Of a stretch of DNA of 64,000 bases, positions 42,766-52,607 are shown one piece after another; within the stretch, counting starts at the first letter, position 1; each line of letters begins with the position of its first letter. The translations under genes and the position numbers were made by a program. A model generated the notes under the pieces. It had not been told where the DNA came from. It was given only the letters and a program-made list of their open reading frames with translations, and did not search any database. Source of the DNA: a virus; the IMG/VR virus record IMGVR_UViG_3300003629_000001. The stretch is one strand, 5' to 3'.

Positions 42766-43475
42766 CCCGCACAATCGCTCTCGCTGGCAATCCGATTGAG
42801 GTAGAAGTAGCGGAGAACGACGCTCACCGGTACAAGGGCTTGAGTGACCGCGACGAACTCGGGAAGGACGAGGGCATGATGTTCGTGTGGCCGATGGAAA
42901 AAGAACACGGGCTGGTCATGCGCGACATGAACTTCGGTATCGACATGGTGTTCGCTGACGCCGAAGGCGAGGTGACGAAGGTGCATTCGGCTAACCCGGA
43001 CGAGGAAGGTACGACGGCCTTCTCGAAGTACGCGGTTGAACTCCCGAAAGGCTACTGTGAAGCGGCTGGTGTCGAAAAGGGCGACCGACTCGAACTGGAC
43101 GCGGGCGGACTCGGAAAATCTGATAGGGGTACTATGAACAAGACTGACCTGTTCAAAGAAATCGAAGGCGTATCGTTTTACAGTGAAATCAACGACACCG
43201 AAGTAAAAGTCGTAGACGTGGAAGACGACAAGGTTCGTGTCACTGACGACGAGAATGAGTGGTGGGAGCGGATGGAAGACGTTCGTGATAAAATCACGGA
43301 CGGTGCGTGGGAAGAGAAAGACGACCCATGCTGGGAAGGCTACGAAATGGCTGGCACGAAGGAACAAGACGGCGAAACGGTTCCGAACTGTGTCCCCAAG
43401 AGCGTCGATACTGGTGACGTGACGGGCGATATTGCGGAAAAACTCTCGGAAGTAGTGTTCGACGGGGACGACTGA
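42762..43475 (+). CDS. DUF192-domain protein with C-terminal CWEGY...VPNCVP module
   Basis: EVEVA...KGLSDR..L...EGMMFV...MRDMNFGIDMVF...AVELP. Confidence 0.8.
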   Translation: MTRTIALAGNPIEVEVAENDAHRYKGLSDRDELGKDEGMMFVWPMEKEHGLVMRDMNFGIDMVFADAEGEVTKVHSANPDEEGTTAFSKYAVELPKGYCEAAGVEKGDRLELDAGGLGKSDRGTMNKTDLFKEIEGVSFYSEINDTEVKVVDVEDDKVRVTDDENEWWERMEDVRDKITDGAWEEKDDPCWEGYEMAGTKEQDGETVPNCVPKSVDTGDVTGDIAEKLSEVVFDGDD

Positions 43476-43478
43476 CTA

Positions 43479-45518
43479 ATGAGCCAGCGTATAGAGAATC
43501 AGATACTCGCGGAGCGAGGATACGTGTGGCTCTCGAAGCAGGAGAACGAGTGGATTCCATACGTCGGGCCTGACGGTGGTGAAGGATGGCAACGTGTCGG
43601 TGACGACGAGGTGCGATACCAGCAACGACCGCCGGGAGAGACAGCCCAAGGTGTCGAAGAGAACTACTGGACTGACGATTTCGGCGCTGACGCACTTACC
43701 GAGTTCCTTTCAGAACGTCTTTCTGACGAGGATATGGGTCGTATCGGAGCGCGGGTTCAGGACGCCGCTGAAGCCATGAACTCCGATATAGACACCGAAG
43801 CAGGGTACGTATGGGGTCGTCTTCAGCACCGAGAAGAACGGTTCAATCAGCATTTGGGGGACGCGCCGGAAGGTGCGATAGTCGATTTAGTAGACAGTAT
43901 GCTTGGACGGCGAGAAGCGAAGTTCGCCCAGCGTCAGGAAATGGACGAACTCGCCATGCTGGTCGAAGATAACTCCGACATGGGAACCCGCGACAAACTG
44001 AATATCAGTGAAGCGGTGCGTGAAGTTCAGGACGATACCGACCTGACCGAAGAGGAACTTCGTCAAGACCTTTACGAAATGGTCGAAGACGCGGATATGC
44101 CAGCAGAGTACGTGCTGGATAACGCTGGCCTGAACGCGTGGAAAGACAGCAAACGGGCCGAGTGGCGAGACGAGAATCTGACTGGTGAAGACGCGATAGA
44201 AGTACCCGAAGGCCACGAAGGCGATATTACAGAGAGTGACGTTTTCGACGCGCTCAATCACACGTCGCTTTCCGGGTTCCAACTTCCGCTAAATGACCAC
44301 GACCCGATTCCCGCTGTCGCACAGGCTATGGAAGACCAGTTCGGGGACGACCCGAATAAGATGTACGACGAGATAGAAGCGTTCAACGGTGCTCTCGAAG
44401 GCATTCTCAAGCCGTTTAGTCAAACCAGTACGAACGCGCCGGAACACATGAACCCACAGAATGCCGACGAGGTGGGGAAACTGGATAAGTACACCGATAA
44501 GACCGGGCGGTCGTCTAGTTCCATGTTCGTTGCGAAAGGTGTCCCCGACGAAGACGGGAACAAGCGCGACCTGTATATCACGAACACCAACCGGAATCGG
44601 GAAGGGGCCTACGCACAAGACGACGCCGACGCCAACCGACAGATTCTCGGGTCGAACGGATTCCAAGCGGCGGGTTTTGATTCCCCTGACTCGTACCATG
44701 AACCGGGAGAGTTTTGGGCTGTCGAAGAGGCCCCCGGTGATACTGCTGACGAATTTCACGTCGAAAATGACCTTGACAATCCCGTAGAGCAATTCGCTGA
44801 ACTCGGAGCGGCGGCGGCTGTTCTCGGTGCATGGGACATTCACGAAGGGAACGTATTCATCCACGACGGCGAGTTCGTTCCAGTTGACATGGACTTGGCT
44901 GGTGCTGAACTTCACCACAGCGCCGACCACACGTTCAATCGGTATAACGCTGATTTGAATGGGTTCATGGGTCTATTTCCCCGTATGCAACGACTCTTTG
45001 ACCGCATGGACGGTGGTGATACTATCGACTTTGACGAGATAAAGCAAGCCACGAAACGTCGGGTGGCTGAAATGGGTGAGACGGGAGAGGCCAAGGAAAT
45101 CGCTGAAGCCGGAAAGAGCGACATTACACACTCAATCGGTCGGAACGTTGAAGCCAACGTTAGGGCTATTGAGAACCAGAACTACTTCGAGCGTTACCCA
45201 ACTGACGTGTTGGGAGTAAACGGATACGACGAAATGAGTGATTTCCGCGAGGGTCAGGTCGTAGAGGTGACAGAAGACGACCGAGAGCAAAGGAGTCAAG
45301 AGTTCGAGATTACCGAGACATACGACGACCACGTTGAAGTGACCGCCCTCGAAGACGGTGCGATTCTCGGTGAAGGTGAGCGGTGGAACGTTCACAACCC
45401 CGGTGAGATAACAGAAATCATCGACAGTGGGGGCGACGAAGAGGGCGACCCACCTGACCCGATTGACGCGCTCATGGACGAACTGGACGAGCGGCTGGAA
45501 GACGGTGATAGCGAATGA
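43479..45518 (+). CDS. tagged polyvalent protein 1: tag + helical region + HipA/PI3K-like kinase + SH3-like domain
   Basis: Tag at 43551; WDIHEGNVF...VPVDMD at 44835. Confidence 0.75.
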   Translation: MSQRIENQILAERGYVWLSKQENEWIPYVGPDGGEGWQRVGDDEVRYQQRPPGETAQGVEENYWTDDFGADALTEFLSERLSDEDMGRIGARVQDAAEAMNSDIDTEAGYVWGRLQHREERFNQHLGDAPEGAIVDLVDSMLGRREAKFAQRQEMDELAMLVEDNSDMGTRDKLNISEAVREVQDDTDLTEEELRQDLYEMVEDADMPAEYVLDNAGLNAWKDSKRAEWRDENLTGEDAIEVPEGHEGDITESDVFDALNHTSLSGFQLPLNDHDPIPAVAQAMEDQFGDDPNKMYDEIEAFNGALEGILKPFSQTSTNAPEHMNPQNADEVGKLDKYTDKTGRSSSSMFVAKGVPDEDGNKRDLYITNTNRNREGAYAQDDADANRQILGSNGFQAAGFDSPDSYHEPGEFWAVEEAPGDTADEFHVENDLDNPVEQFAELGAAAAVLGAWDIHEGNVFIHDGEFVPVDMDLAGAELHHSADHTFNRYNADLNGFMGLFPRMQRLFDRMDGGDTIDFDEIKQATKRRVAEMGETGEAKEIAEAGKSDITHSIGRNVEANVRAIENQNYFERYPTDVLGVNGYDEMSDFREGQVVEVTEDDREQRSQEFEITETYDDHVEVTALEDGAILGEGERWNVHNPGEITEIIDSGGDEEGDPPDPIDALMDELDERLEDGDSE

Positions 45519-48202
45519 CAGAAATTGTTCGAGTCTACGACCGTGACGGTGGCGAGTTGGAAGCAAAGGCTGACGTAGGCCCTGACGGACGCCTGATTCG
45601 GGGTGACGAAGACTTTGCTGAAATCGCTACTCGGTTCCTCGAAGAGCGGAGCGTGGACGAGATACTGACGTATCTGGACGGCCCGCATATGCTGGCTATG
45701 GCGATTGACGTGGACGGCTTAGACTACGACCCCGGCCTTCAAGAGAAAATGGAAGGTCGCCGCGCCGCAAAAGAGACACACCACGTTCCTCACAGTACCC
45801 CTATTGAGAATACCGAGAGAACTCATTGGCTCACCGAACCCCGACTCGGGAAAGTCGGTTGGTACGACAGTGATACCGGTGCGTTCCTCTACAGGGGGGC
45901 CAGCGCCCGCGTGAGTGAGTTGCTGAAGAGTGAAGGCCCCACCAGCGGACTCGAAGAGACACAAACGTCGCTGGTGGACTGTCAGGGGCCGTCCAGCAAC
46001 CTTCTCAAGCAAGACGACGGTCAGTGGATTCCGTACAAGGGGCCACAGGAAGGCGAGGGGTGGCAACAGGTCGGTTCCGGCGAGGTGCGATACCAACAAG
46101 AGCCACCCGGTGACGTAGCGGACGGACATGAGGCCGACCACTGGAAACAACGCTGGCCGGAGATTGAGGGCGCGGAGTGGAACGAAGACGTTCCACACCC
46201 GATTGACATGAAAGAGGAAGACGCTCTTCTCTTCGTCAATCGGAACGGCGAGTCGGAAGTGGGCCGTTTCGAGAGTGCGACATTCATTCGTGACGAGAGT
46301 TGGGATAGTGCGAAGACAGGCGTCACTCTCGCTGACGGTCGTCAAGTTCTGACTGACGACATAGCCGCTCATGCGGATATGACTATGGCGGTCGAACCAC
46401 CGAGTCTTCACGGTGACGAAGAGTGGGGTGACGCCCCCGGAGTCTATTCAGATTACATTCCGTGGAATCTCGTTCACTTTGTGGATTCTGACGGTGAAGA
46501 GCGAGTGGCTATGGTCGAAGGACACGCCGACGACCGGGGTGCGGTGAAGGTGCAAACCAACGAGGGATACACGGTCGTTGACCCGAGTAACATTACTCAC
46601 TACGCCGAGGTTGACCAGTTCTATAACGGCGCTTACGAAGTGCTGGATAGTCCCTTCCGTGGGATTCCAGAGATAGAAGACAACGAACAACCCCCGGACG
46701 AGAACTTTGCACAGCGTGTCGGAGTCACGGCTGACGACGTGAACGCCGCGTTCCGAATGGTTTTTGCACCCCACCTTGTGAGCGTGCTTGAAAACGAAAT
46801 CGAAGAGGGTGGGTACGACGCTGACGACCCGGACGACATAATTCAGGCTATCATCGACGTTCGTGGGTCTGAAGACGACACGACGTGGCAATCATTCAAG
46901 CGAGAACTTCGAGGGCGTTCTGTTGGAATCGGGAAGAGCCGGGCGGAACGTATTGTTAACGAAGCCTTTGCTGGCGAAACCCCCGACCCGAGTTTCGCTG
47001 TTCGTCAGGATATGGACAGGATGGACGACCCGGAAGAGTGGCTGAAACAAGCCGCCAAATTCGCTCACGAAGACGAGTTCGTGTCTATCGCTTCGTTACA
47101 GGACGCGGTGGACGAGTGGAAGGGTGACGGTGTTCCATTCAATCTCAAAGGAATCCACGACTTCGACGGTGAACCCGACGAGGTGGTAGCCCTATCAGAA
47201 ACCGGGACGAACACCGGAATCTCCGCCGGGGCCATGTTCATTGCGGACTGGCCGGACGGTAGTAGGGCGTTCGTCACTCGAATCAAGGATAAGGAAACGG
47301 GCCGACTTGTGTCTAACGACCACATGGAAACGTCCGAAGAGGCCGAACGGGCTATGACTGGCTTCGGGATTCAGAACGAACTGGCTCAAGACAACGAGTC
47401 GATTCAGGTTCCCGACCACACGTACTCAATGGACGAGTATTTCAGCGTGAAGGGCGCTCCCAACGACGCGATACTCGCTGACCAGTTCCTTGAGACGTTC
47501 CCGAGTCAGGACATGGAATTGCCGGACGGCCCGCCTGATACGGATATTGTAGAGTCGGTTGGTGCGACGGTCGAAGACGTACAACAAGCGTTCAGTGAAA
47601 CGGTATATCCGGGCTGGGAAGACCACAACGAGACGAAACAAATCTTCCACAGTGACGACAATTTGGACGAAGAGAACTCACAGGACTGGGTGGCTGTCGC
47701 CAAAATCCGTTATGATAAACCCGACCCACGAATTTGGAACGAGTTCGCCCGTGAACTCGCTGGGTCAGCCTACGAAACGCCGGTTGAACGTGAGACGTTC
47801 ATGGACATGGCGTTCGGAGCGGTCATGGCTGGCAACAAAGATATGCACTCGAATAACGTTATGGCGGATAATGAGGGAACCGTCTACCCAATCGACTTGG
47901 ACTTTGCTGGGTACGACATGACCAACAGCCGCAATTTGAGCGCCGCTATCGGGAAACTCGTCAGTACCGGTCAGGCACTCGGAATCGAACCCAGTGAAGA
48001 GTTCGAGGATAAGGGGAACCCCGACGCTTTTGACGACTCGCAACACCCATTAGCACACGAAATCCTCGCGTATATCCACGACAACGCGACCGAGGAAACT
48101 ACGGAGAAGGTTCGGAGTGGGAATCCGATGTGGCGAGACGGTGGGGCTGACAACGTTGCTCGGAACGCGGAAGCGGCAAAGAACGGAGAACTCGAACTAT
48201 GA
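45515..48202 (+). CDS. tagged polyvalent protein 2: DGP module + tags + SH3-like domains + kinase
   Basis: DGPH at 45677; tag at 46025; NKDMHSNNV...YPIDLD at 47840. Confidence 0.75.
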   Translation: MTEIVRVYDRDGGELEAKADVGPDGRLIRGDEDFAEIATRFLEERSVDEILTYLDGPHMLAMAIDVDGLDYDPGLQEKMEGRRAAKETHHVPHSTPIENTERTHWLTEPRLGKVGWYDSDTGAFLYRGASARVSELLKSEGPTSGLEETQTSLVDCQGPSSNLLKQDDGQWIPYKGPQEGEGWQQVGSGEVRYQQEPPGDVADGHEADHWKQRWPEIEGAEWNEDVPHPIDMKEEDALLFVNRNGESEVGRFESATFIRDESWDSAKTGVTLADGRQVLTDDIAAHADMTMAVEPPSLHGDEEWGDAPGVYSDYIPWNLVHFVDSDGEERVAMVEGHADDRGAVKVQTNEGYTVVDPSNITHYAEVDQFYNGAYEVLDSPFRGIPEIEDNEQPPDENFAQRVGVTADDVNAAFRMVFAPHLVSVLENEIEEGGYDADDPDDIIQAIIDVRGSEDDTTWQSFKRELRGRSVGIGKSRAERIVNEAFAGETPDPSFAVRQDMDRMDDPEEWLKQAAKFAHEDEFVSIASLQDAVDEWKGDGVPFNLKGIHDFDGEPDEVVALSETGTNTGISAGAMFIADWPDGSRAFVTRIKDKETGRLVSNDHMETSEEAERAMTGFGIQNELAQDNESIQVPDHTYSMDEYFSVKGAPNDAILADQFLETFPSQDMELPDGPPDTDIVESVGATVEDVQQAFSETVYPGWEDHNETKQIFHSDDNLDEENSQDWVAVAKIRYDKPDPRIWNEFARELAGSAYETPVERETFMDMAFGAVMAGNKDMHSNNVMADNEGTVYPIDLDFAGYDMTNSRNLSAAIGKLVSTGQALGIEPSEEFEDKGNPDAFDDSQHPLAHEILAYIHDNATEETTEKVRSGNPMWRDGGADNVARNAEAAKNGELEL

Positions 48203-50751
48203 TAGTGTTTTACCGTCTCGAAGGTCGGGACTACAACGAAATCGGGCGTGTCGAAGACGGCGAAATCGTAGACGGCGAAGAGGAACTGGCTGGTATCGTT
48301 CACCCGCCGAACCTCTCCGACGAAGACGAACTACTCGCCGCTCATGACGGCCCACATATTCTCGCCCAAATGGAAGACGAGTCGCCCGGCGAGGGTGGTA
48401 CTGACGCTAATTCTGATAGGGGTACTGAAAAGTGGGTTCCATACACCAACGGCGACGAACGTGGGTGGATTAGTGCCAGCACTGGCGAGAAGAAATTCAC
48501 CGAGGAGGCCCCCGGCCCGATAGTGAAAGGCTTCGAGGAACAGGCGGAAAACTGGACGGAAGTAAAGACGTTGAATAAGGAGTGGATTCCGTATCAGGGG
48601 CCGCACGGGGGCGAAGGGTGGCAAGAGGTGGAGACTGGTGAGGTTCGCTACGTCGAAGAGCCGCCGGGGCGAGTTGGGACAGGTGATGGCGCTCCGCCCA
48701 GTGACGGCATGACGCCTGAAGAACGGGCGTGGCTGGAAGAGCATGGCGACCCGGAAGCACTGTCGGAGTTGGAAGAAGAGGCCCCTGACGGCACGACAGA
48801 AACGAGTGAAGAGATTACGTGGGACAACGTAGCCGCCGGTGACGAAATCGCCTACTACGATGACTACGGCGAACTACAGCAGGGAGAGGTAACTGCTGTT
48901 GAACAGGACGCGTTCGGTGTGATATGGGTTCAGGACGGTCACGGCAAATCGCCAGTCGAAGAAGAGGATTTCATTGGCACGCCGGACGACAAGATTGGCG
49001 ACGGACTCGAAGCACCTGACCACGCTGGCGCTGACTGGTTCGACAATAACCTGTTCTACGGTCAGACTATCAAACTCTACAACAAAAACACCGACATGGT
49101 GGAATACGCGGACGTAGAGAGTATCTTCGTTGCGGGTGGTGAAATCAACGCTGTCGAACTTGAAGTTCAGAATCAACGTGGATTTGGCGACCTTATTACT
49201 ATCACGAACGACGACATAGACTGGCATGACCAAGACGATAACGGGAAGTACGAAATACGAGAGACGAGTCGCTGGTCGGATTTAGAAAAGGACGAGCAAA
49301 TTGACGCTGTGAGACGTTCTTACCGTGAAAATACTCGTCTTGAGACGATGGGTCGGGCTACGCGGCAAAATCTGAATGACGATATTTCTGAAGATATTAT
49401 CCCCTCGTTTAAGGACATGAACGTCGCCCGTGAGACATTCAAGTCACTCTTCAAAATCGGGAACAAGGTATCCCGAGCGAGTTGTAGCGGAACGGGGAGT
49501 GTTTCAATCAAGGTGTCAGAACGAGCGCCTATCGACACGACGAGACACGAATTTGGACACGCTATCGTCAGTTCGTTCGGATATAATTACAAGAATCGTT
49601 ACAAAAATAGCAATTTCTCTGACGAGAAGTACAGGCGGCGTCCGACGAATTTGTCTCACGAGTATCATGACCTGAAGACCCGGTACGATACCATAGCGTT
49701 CGATTTCAGCGAAGATTCAGATTTCTTTGCCCCCGAAGACTATATGCTTCAGGATACCGACAACGACGGCGAGTTTGTAGACTTTGATTTTGACGAAATA
49801 GAGGCTGGAAGGAACATATACATCGAGCCGTCCGATACCTTCATGTCGAATGAGTCATACGAAATTGAGTCAGTTGGTGAAATGGAAGACGGTAAGTTAG
49901 AAATCCACACCAGTATGGCTCAAGACGCCTATGTTGATAGAGAGGGGACTGTCTATCAGTACGATTCGTTCGGTGGTGGATGGGAAGAGGTTGGGGAAGC
50001 AACCGCATTCACTCAAGAGAAACTACCGCACGGATTCGACGCGTGGAAAGACGCTGTAGAGGAAGAGGTTCACGGAGAAACCGATTTGGAACAGAGGGAG
50101 TACGAGAATACCGAGGGTATGTCGCCCAAAGACGTGTTCGAGTCGGTTGATAAGGGCGACGTAGTTCGGTTCCAGCACGAAGACAAGACGATTCACCTTA
50201 TTGCTCAAGAGAAAGAAAACCTCTCTCAAGAAGACCGGCGTGATTATGAGTTCGTTCACCCCGGCGACGGTTCACAGTGGAATTTCACCGTACAGAGTGA
50301 CAACGGTGAACTTCAGTTCTCTGACCACATTGTTACTGGGTACGACGATACATACGGCGAAGAAGACGGGGACAGCCCGAACGTGGATAATCCTCTTGAG
50401 AACTGGGAAGGGTTTGAGCCAAACCCTGAAACCACTGAACAGAGAATAGATAATTTAGTGTCAGCCGTGAACCGTGCGTGGTACAAGCAAGCCAAAATGT
50501 TCGAGAACGACCCTGCTGATTTCGGTAACAGCGCTTACAGTATTGGGTCGGGATACTCGGCCACAAATGCTCAAGAGACAATGGCGAAAACTCATGAGGT
50601 TTTACAGAACGGCGACCAGTTGGCAACCTCGCATTTGATTGAAGAACATCCGTATCTGGTTGCGGCTTATGTAGAACTGTTTGAGCCGCACTTGTACGCT
50701 AAAAAGGCGATTCATCGTCATGGCGGGGAAGAGTACGGGATAAAAGTATGA
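48199..50751 (+). CDS. tagged polyvalent protein 3: DGP module + 2 tags + zincin metallopeptidase
   Basis: Tags at 48433 and 48583; HEFGH at 49546; YSATNAQETMA at 50554. Confidence 0.7.
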   Translation: MIVFYRLEGRDYNEIGRVEDGEIVDGEEELAGIVHPPNLSDEDELLAAHDGPHILAQMEDESPGEGGTDANSDRGTEKWVPYTNGDERGWISASTGEKKFTEEAPGPIVKGFEEQAENWTEVKTLNKEWIPYQGPHGGEGWQEVETGEVRYVEEPPGRVGTGDGAPPSDGMTPEERAWLEEHGDPEALSELEEEAPDGTTETSEEITWDNVAAGDEIAYYDDYGELQQGEVTAVEQDAFGVIWVQDGHGKSPVEEEDFIGTPDDKIGDGLEAPDHAGADWFDNNLFYGQTIKLYNKNTDMVEYADVESIFVAGGEINAVELEVQNQRGFGDLITITNDDIDWHDQDDNGKYEIRETSRWSDLEKDEQIDAVRRSYRENTRLETMGRATRQNLNDDISEDIIPSFKDMNVARETFKSLFKIGNKVSRASCSGTGSVSIKVSERAPIDTTRHEFGHAIVSSFGYNYKNRYKNSNFSDEKYRRRPTNLSHEYHDLKTRYDTIAFDFSEDSDFFAPEDYMLQDTDNDGEFVDFDFDEIEAGRNIYIEPSDTFMSNESYEIESVGEMEDGKLEIHTSMAQDAYVDREGTVYQYDSFGGGWEEVGEATAFTQEKLPHGFDAWKDAVEEEVHGETDLEQREYENTEGMSPKDVFESVDKGDVVRFQHEDKTIHLIAQEKENLSQEDRRDYEFVHPGDGSQWNFTVQSDNGELQFSDHIVTGYDDTYGEEDGDSPNVDNPLENWEGFEPNPETTEQRIDNLVSAVNRAWYKQAKMFENDPADFGNSAYSIGSGYSATNAQETMAKTHEVLQNGDQLATSHLIEEHPYLVAAYVELFEPHLYAKKAIHRHGGEEYGIKV

Positions 50752-51734
50752 GACTCATAATCACCAACAACAACGACGAGGAACTGGGCGAGATACGGTC
50801 GAATTTCGAGTTCGAGGCTGATATTCCGTTCGAGGATAAGGAACGGATTCGAGCGCTCATGCGTTCAGCGAAGAAATTCGCTATGGACGTAGGGCCAGTT
50901 GAACGCTCCGGGGGCGCGGATGAACGCGAACTAATTACCCCCGGCGAAGAGGTCGTGGAGTTCGAGACGGACGAAGCACTTCCACGCGTCAAGGTCGCTA
51001 TTGACCGAATGACTCGGTATCATGCTGTCCTCGAAGAGACGGAAGAGCGTGAAGCAATCAAGGCTGTTGACGCTCCGTTCAACGCCCCGGATGGAAAGGA
51101 AGTACACGAAGGGCCGCCCGGATTCTTCTACTACAACGTCAGTAAGGATACTGAAGAATCAGGGGATGGTGAGGTGTTGGAAGTTCGGGATTACTACCGA
51201 GTGTGGGTCAACGACCAAGATAGCGTTCCTGACGACAGCATGGCGCTCTACGACGAAGAGGGCGACCCGGCTGGAAATCACTGGTACTACGAAGTACCGT
51301 TCGAGACGAAGACGCGAATCAATCTTTCCGAGCATGAAGTTGACCCGTCGAATGTGATAGAAAAGGACGCTGACGTTGAACTCTCACCTGACGAACTGAA
51401 CGAGTACGGTATTTGTAAGTCGGATAACGAACGGATACAGGAAGCCAGTGAAGCCGTTGAAAAAGGTGAGCCGGTGTGGGGCGATACTCATTCGGTGAGT
51501 GGGGCTGTTCTCAAGTCAGTAGAGTGTCCGTCGGTGTTGCTCTGTCTCTATAAGTTGTTTCACAATGCTGGCGACGAGTACACCCAATATCTCCCACCGA
51601 TTCAAACTGAACTCAATCACCGTGGCGTCAAGGCGATAGATAAAATTACACGGAAGAAGCGAGATTTCGGTCAAGCGACCGACGACGTGACGCTCGAAAA
51701 GAGCGGCGATTGGCTTGAGTTCGAGCGAGAGTAG
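50748..51734 (+). CDS. modular hypothetical protein of the array
   Basis: ATGA-coupled to the peptidase gene; contains APDGKEVHEGPPGFFYY. Confidence 0.6.
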   Translation: MRLIITNNNDEELGEIRSNFEFEADIPFEDKERIRALMRSAKKFAMDVGPVERSGGADERELITPGEEVVEFETDEALPRVKVAIDRMTRYHAVLEETEEREAIKAVDAPFNAPDGKEVHEGPPGFFYYNVSKDTEESGDGEVLEVRDYYRVWVNDQDSVPDDSMALYDEEGDPAGNHWYYEVPFETKTRINLSEHEVDPSNVIEKDADVELSPDELNEYGICKSDNERIQEASEAVEKGEPVWGDTHSVSGAVLKSVECPSVLLCLYKLFHNAGDEYTQYLPPIQTELNHRGVKAIDKITRKKRDFGQATDDVTLEKSGDWLEFERE

Positions 51735-51804
51735 TTTAACCGGTTCTTCCCGAAAGGTCTTACAGTAGGGGTATCAACAGTATTAACAAGAGGCCACTAT
51801 CCCC

Positions 51805-52602
51805 ATGAGCGATTCTGAAGATACGCCAAATGTCGTTGACCTGAACAAGCAGGACAGCGACGACGAGTCGAACGGAGAAGAAAATAGTCCGACTGTGGCC
51901 GAGCAAGCGAAGGAAGGGTACAACGACCTTGACAGTCGTGAAGGTGACGTAGCCCCCGGCGGCAACCCGAACGCACAACAGCGCGACAACTATCCCGAAG
52001 CCGTCAACGAGGAAGACGACGAAGACCCTCAAATCGGTTCTGTCTACGGTCAAGCGCGTCAGGAATACGGCTTCGACCCCGAGGAAGCACAGAAGGCATT
52101 CACCTACAACGAGTACGGGCTGTCGTCTCGCTTTGACGAAGAGAAAGGTTTCTCACACCTCGAACGCGGTGACATGGTGGTTATCGACACGCCGATGGGC
52201 GGCGGGAAGACTGGCGAAGTAACGGACGTAGACGAAACGTGGTCGGGGACGTTGAAGGCCACGGTAGACACCGGCGCGAATAAGTACGAACTGACGCCGT
52301 TTGAAGACGAATACTCCGAGAAATTCGTTGCGTGCGTCAGTGACGCCGGTGAAATGAGTGACGAAATGCTGGGTACGCTCGGCAAGGTGTCGGTCAAGGA
52401 CGTAGACGTTGGAACTCAAGTCATGCTGGACGTGCCGAATGTCGGCCCGACGCGTGGTATGGTTCAGGAAAAGAAGACTACCCGAGAGAACGGTGAGCAA
52501 ATCATCGTCAACACTGGCCCGGTCGCGTTCGACGTGTACGAAGACCCCAGCCCGACGCAAAAGAAAGAACAGCCGTTCCTCGTCGGTCGAATCTCGAACT
52601 AA
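51805..52602 (+). CDS. acidic protein with two SH3/KOW-like repeats
   Basis: RGDMVVIDTP...GEVTDV and VGTQVMLDVP...GMVQEK. Confidence 0.6.
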   Translation: MSDSEDTPNVVDLNKQDSDDESNGEENSPTVAEQAKEGYNDLDSREGDVAPGGNPNAQQRDNYPEAVNEEDDEDPQIGSVYGQARQEYGFDPEEAQKAFTYNEYGLSSRFDEEKGFSHLERGDMVVIDTPMGGGKTGEVTDVDETWSGTLKATVDTGANKYELTPFEDEYSEKFVACVSDAGEMSDEMLGTLGKVSVKDVDVGTQVMLDVPNVGPTRGMVQEKKTTRENGEQIIVNTGPVAFDVYEDPSPTQKKEQPFLVGRISN

Positions 52603-52607
52603 CTGTA

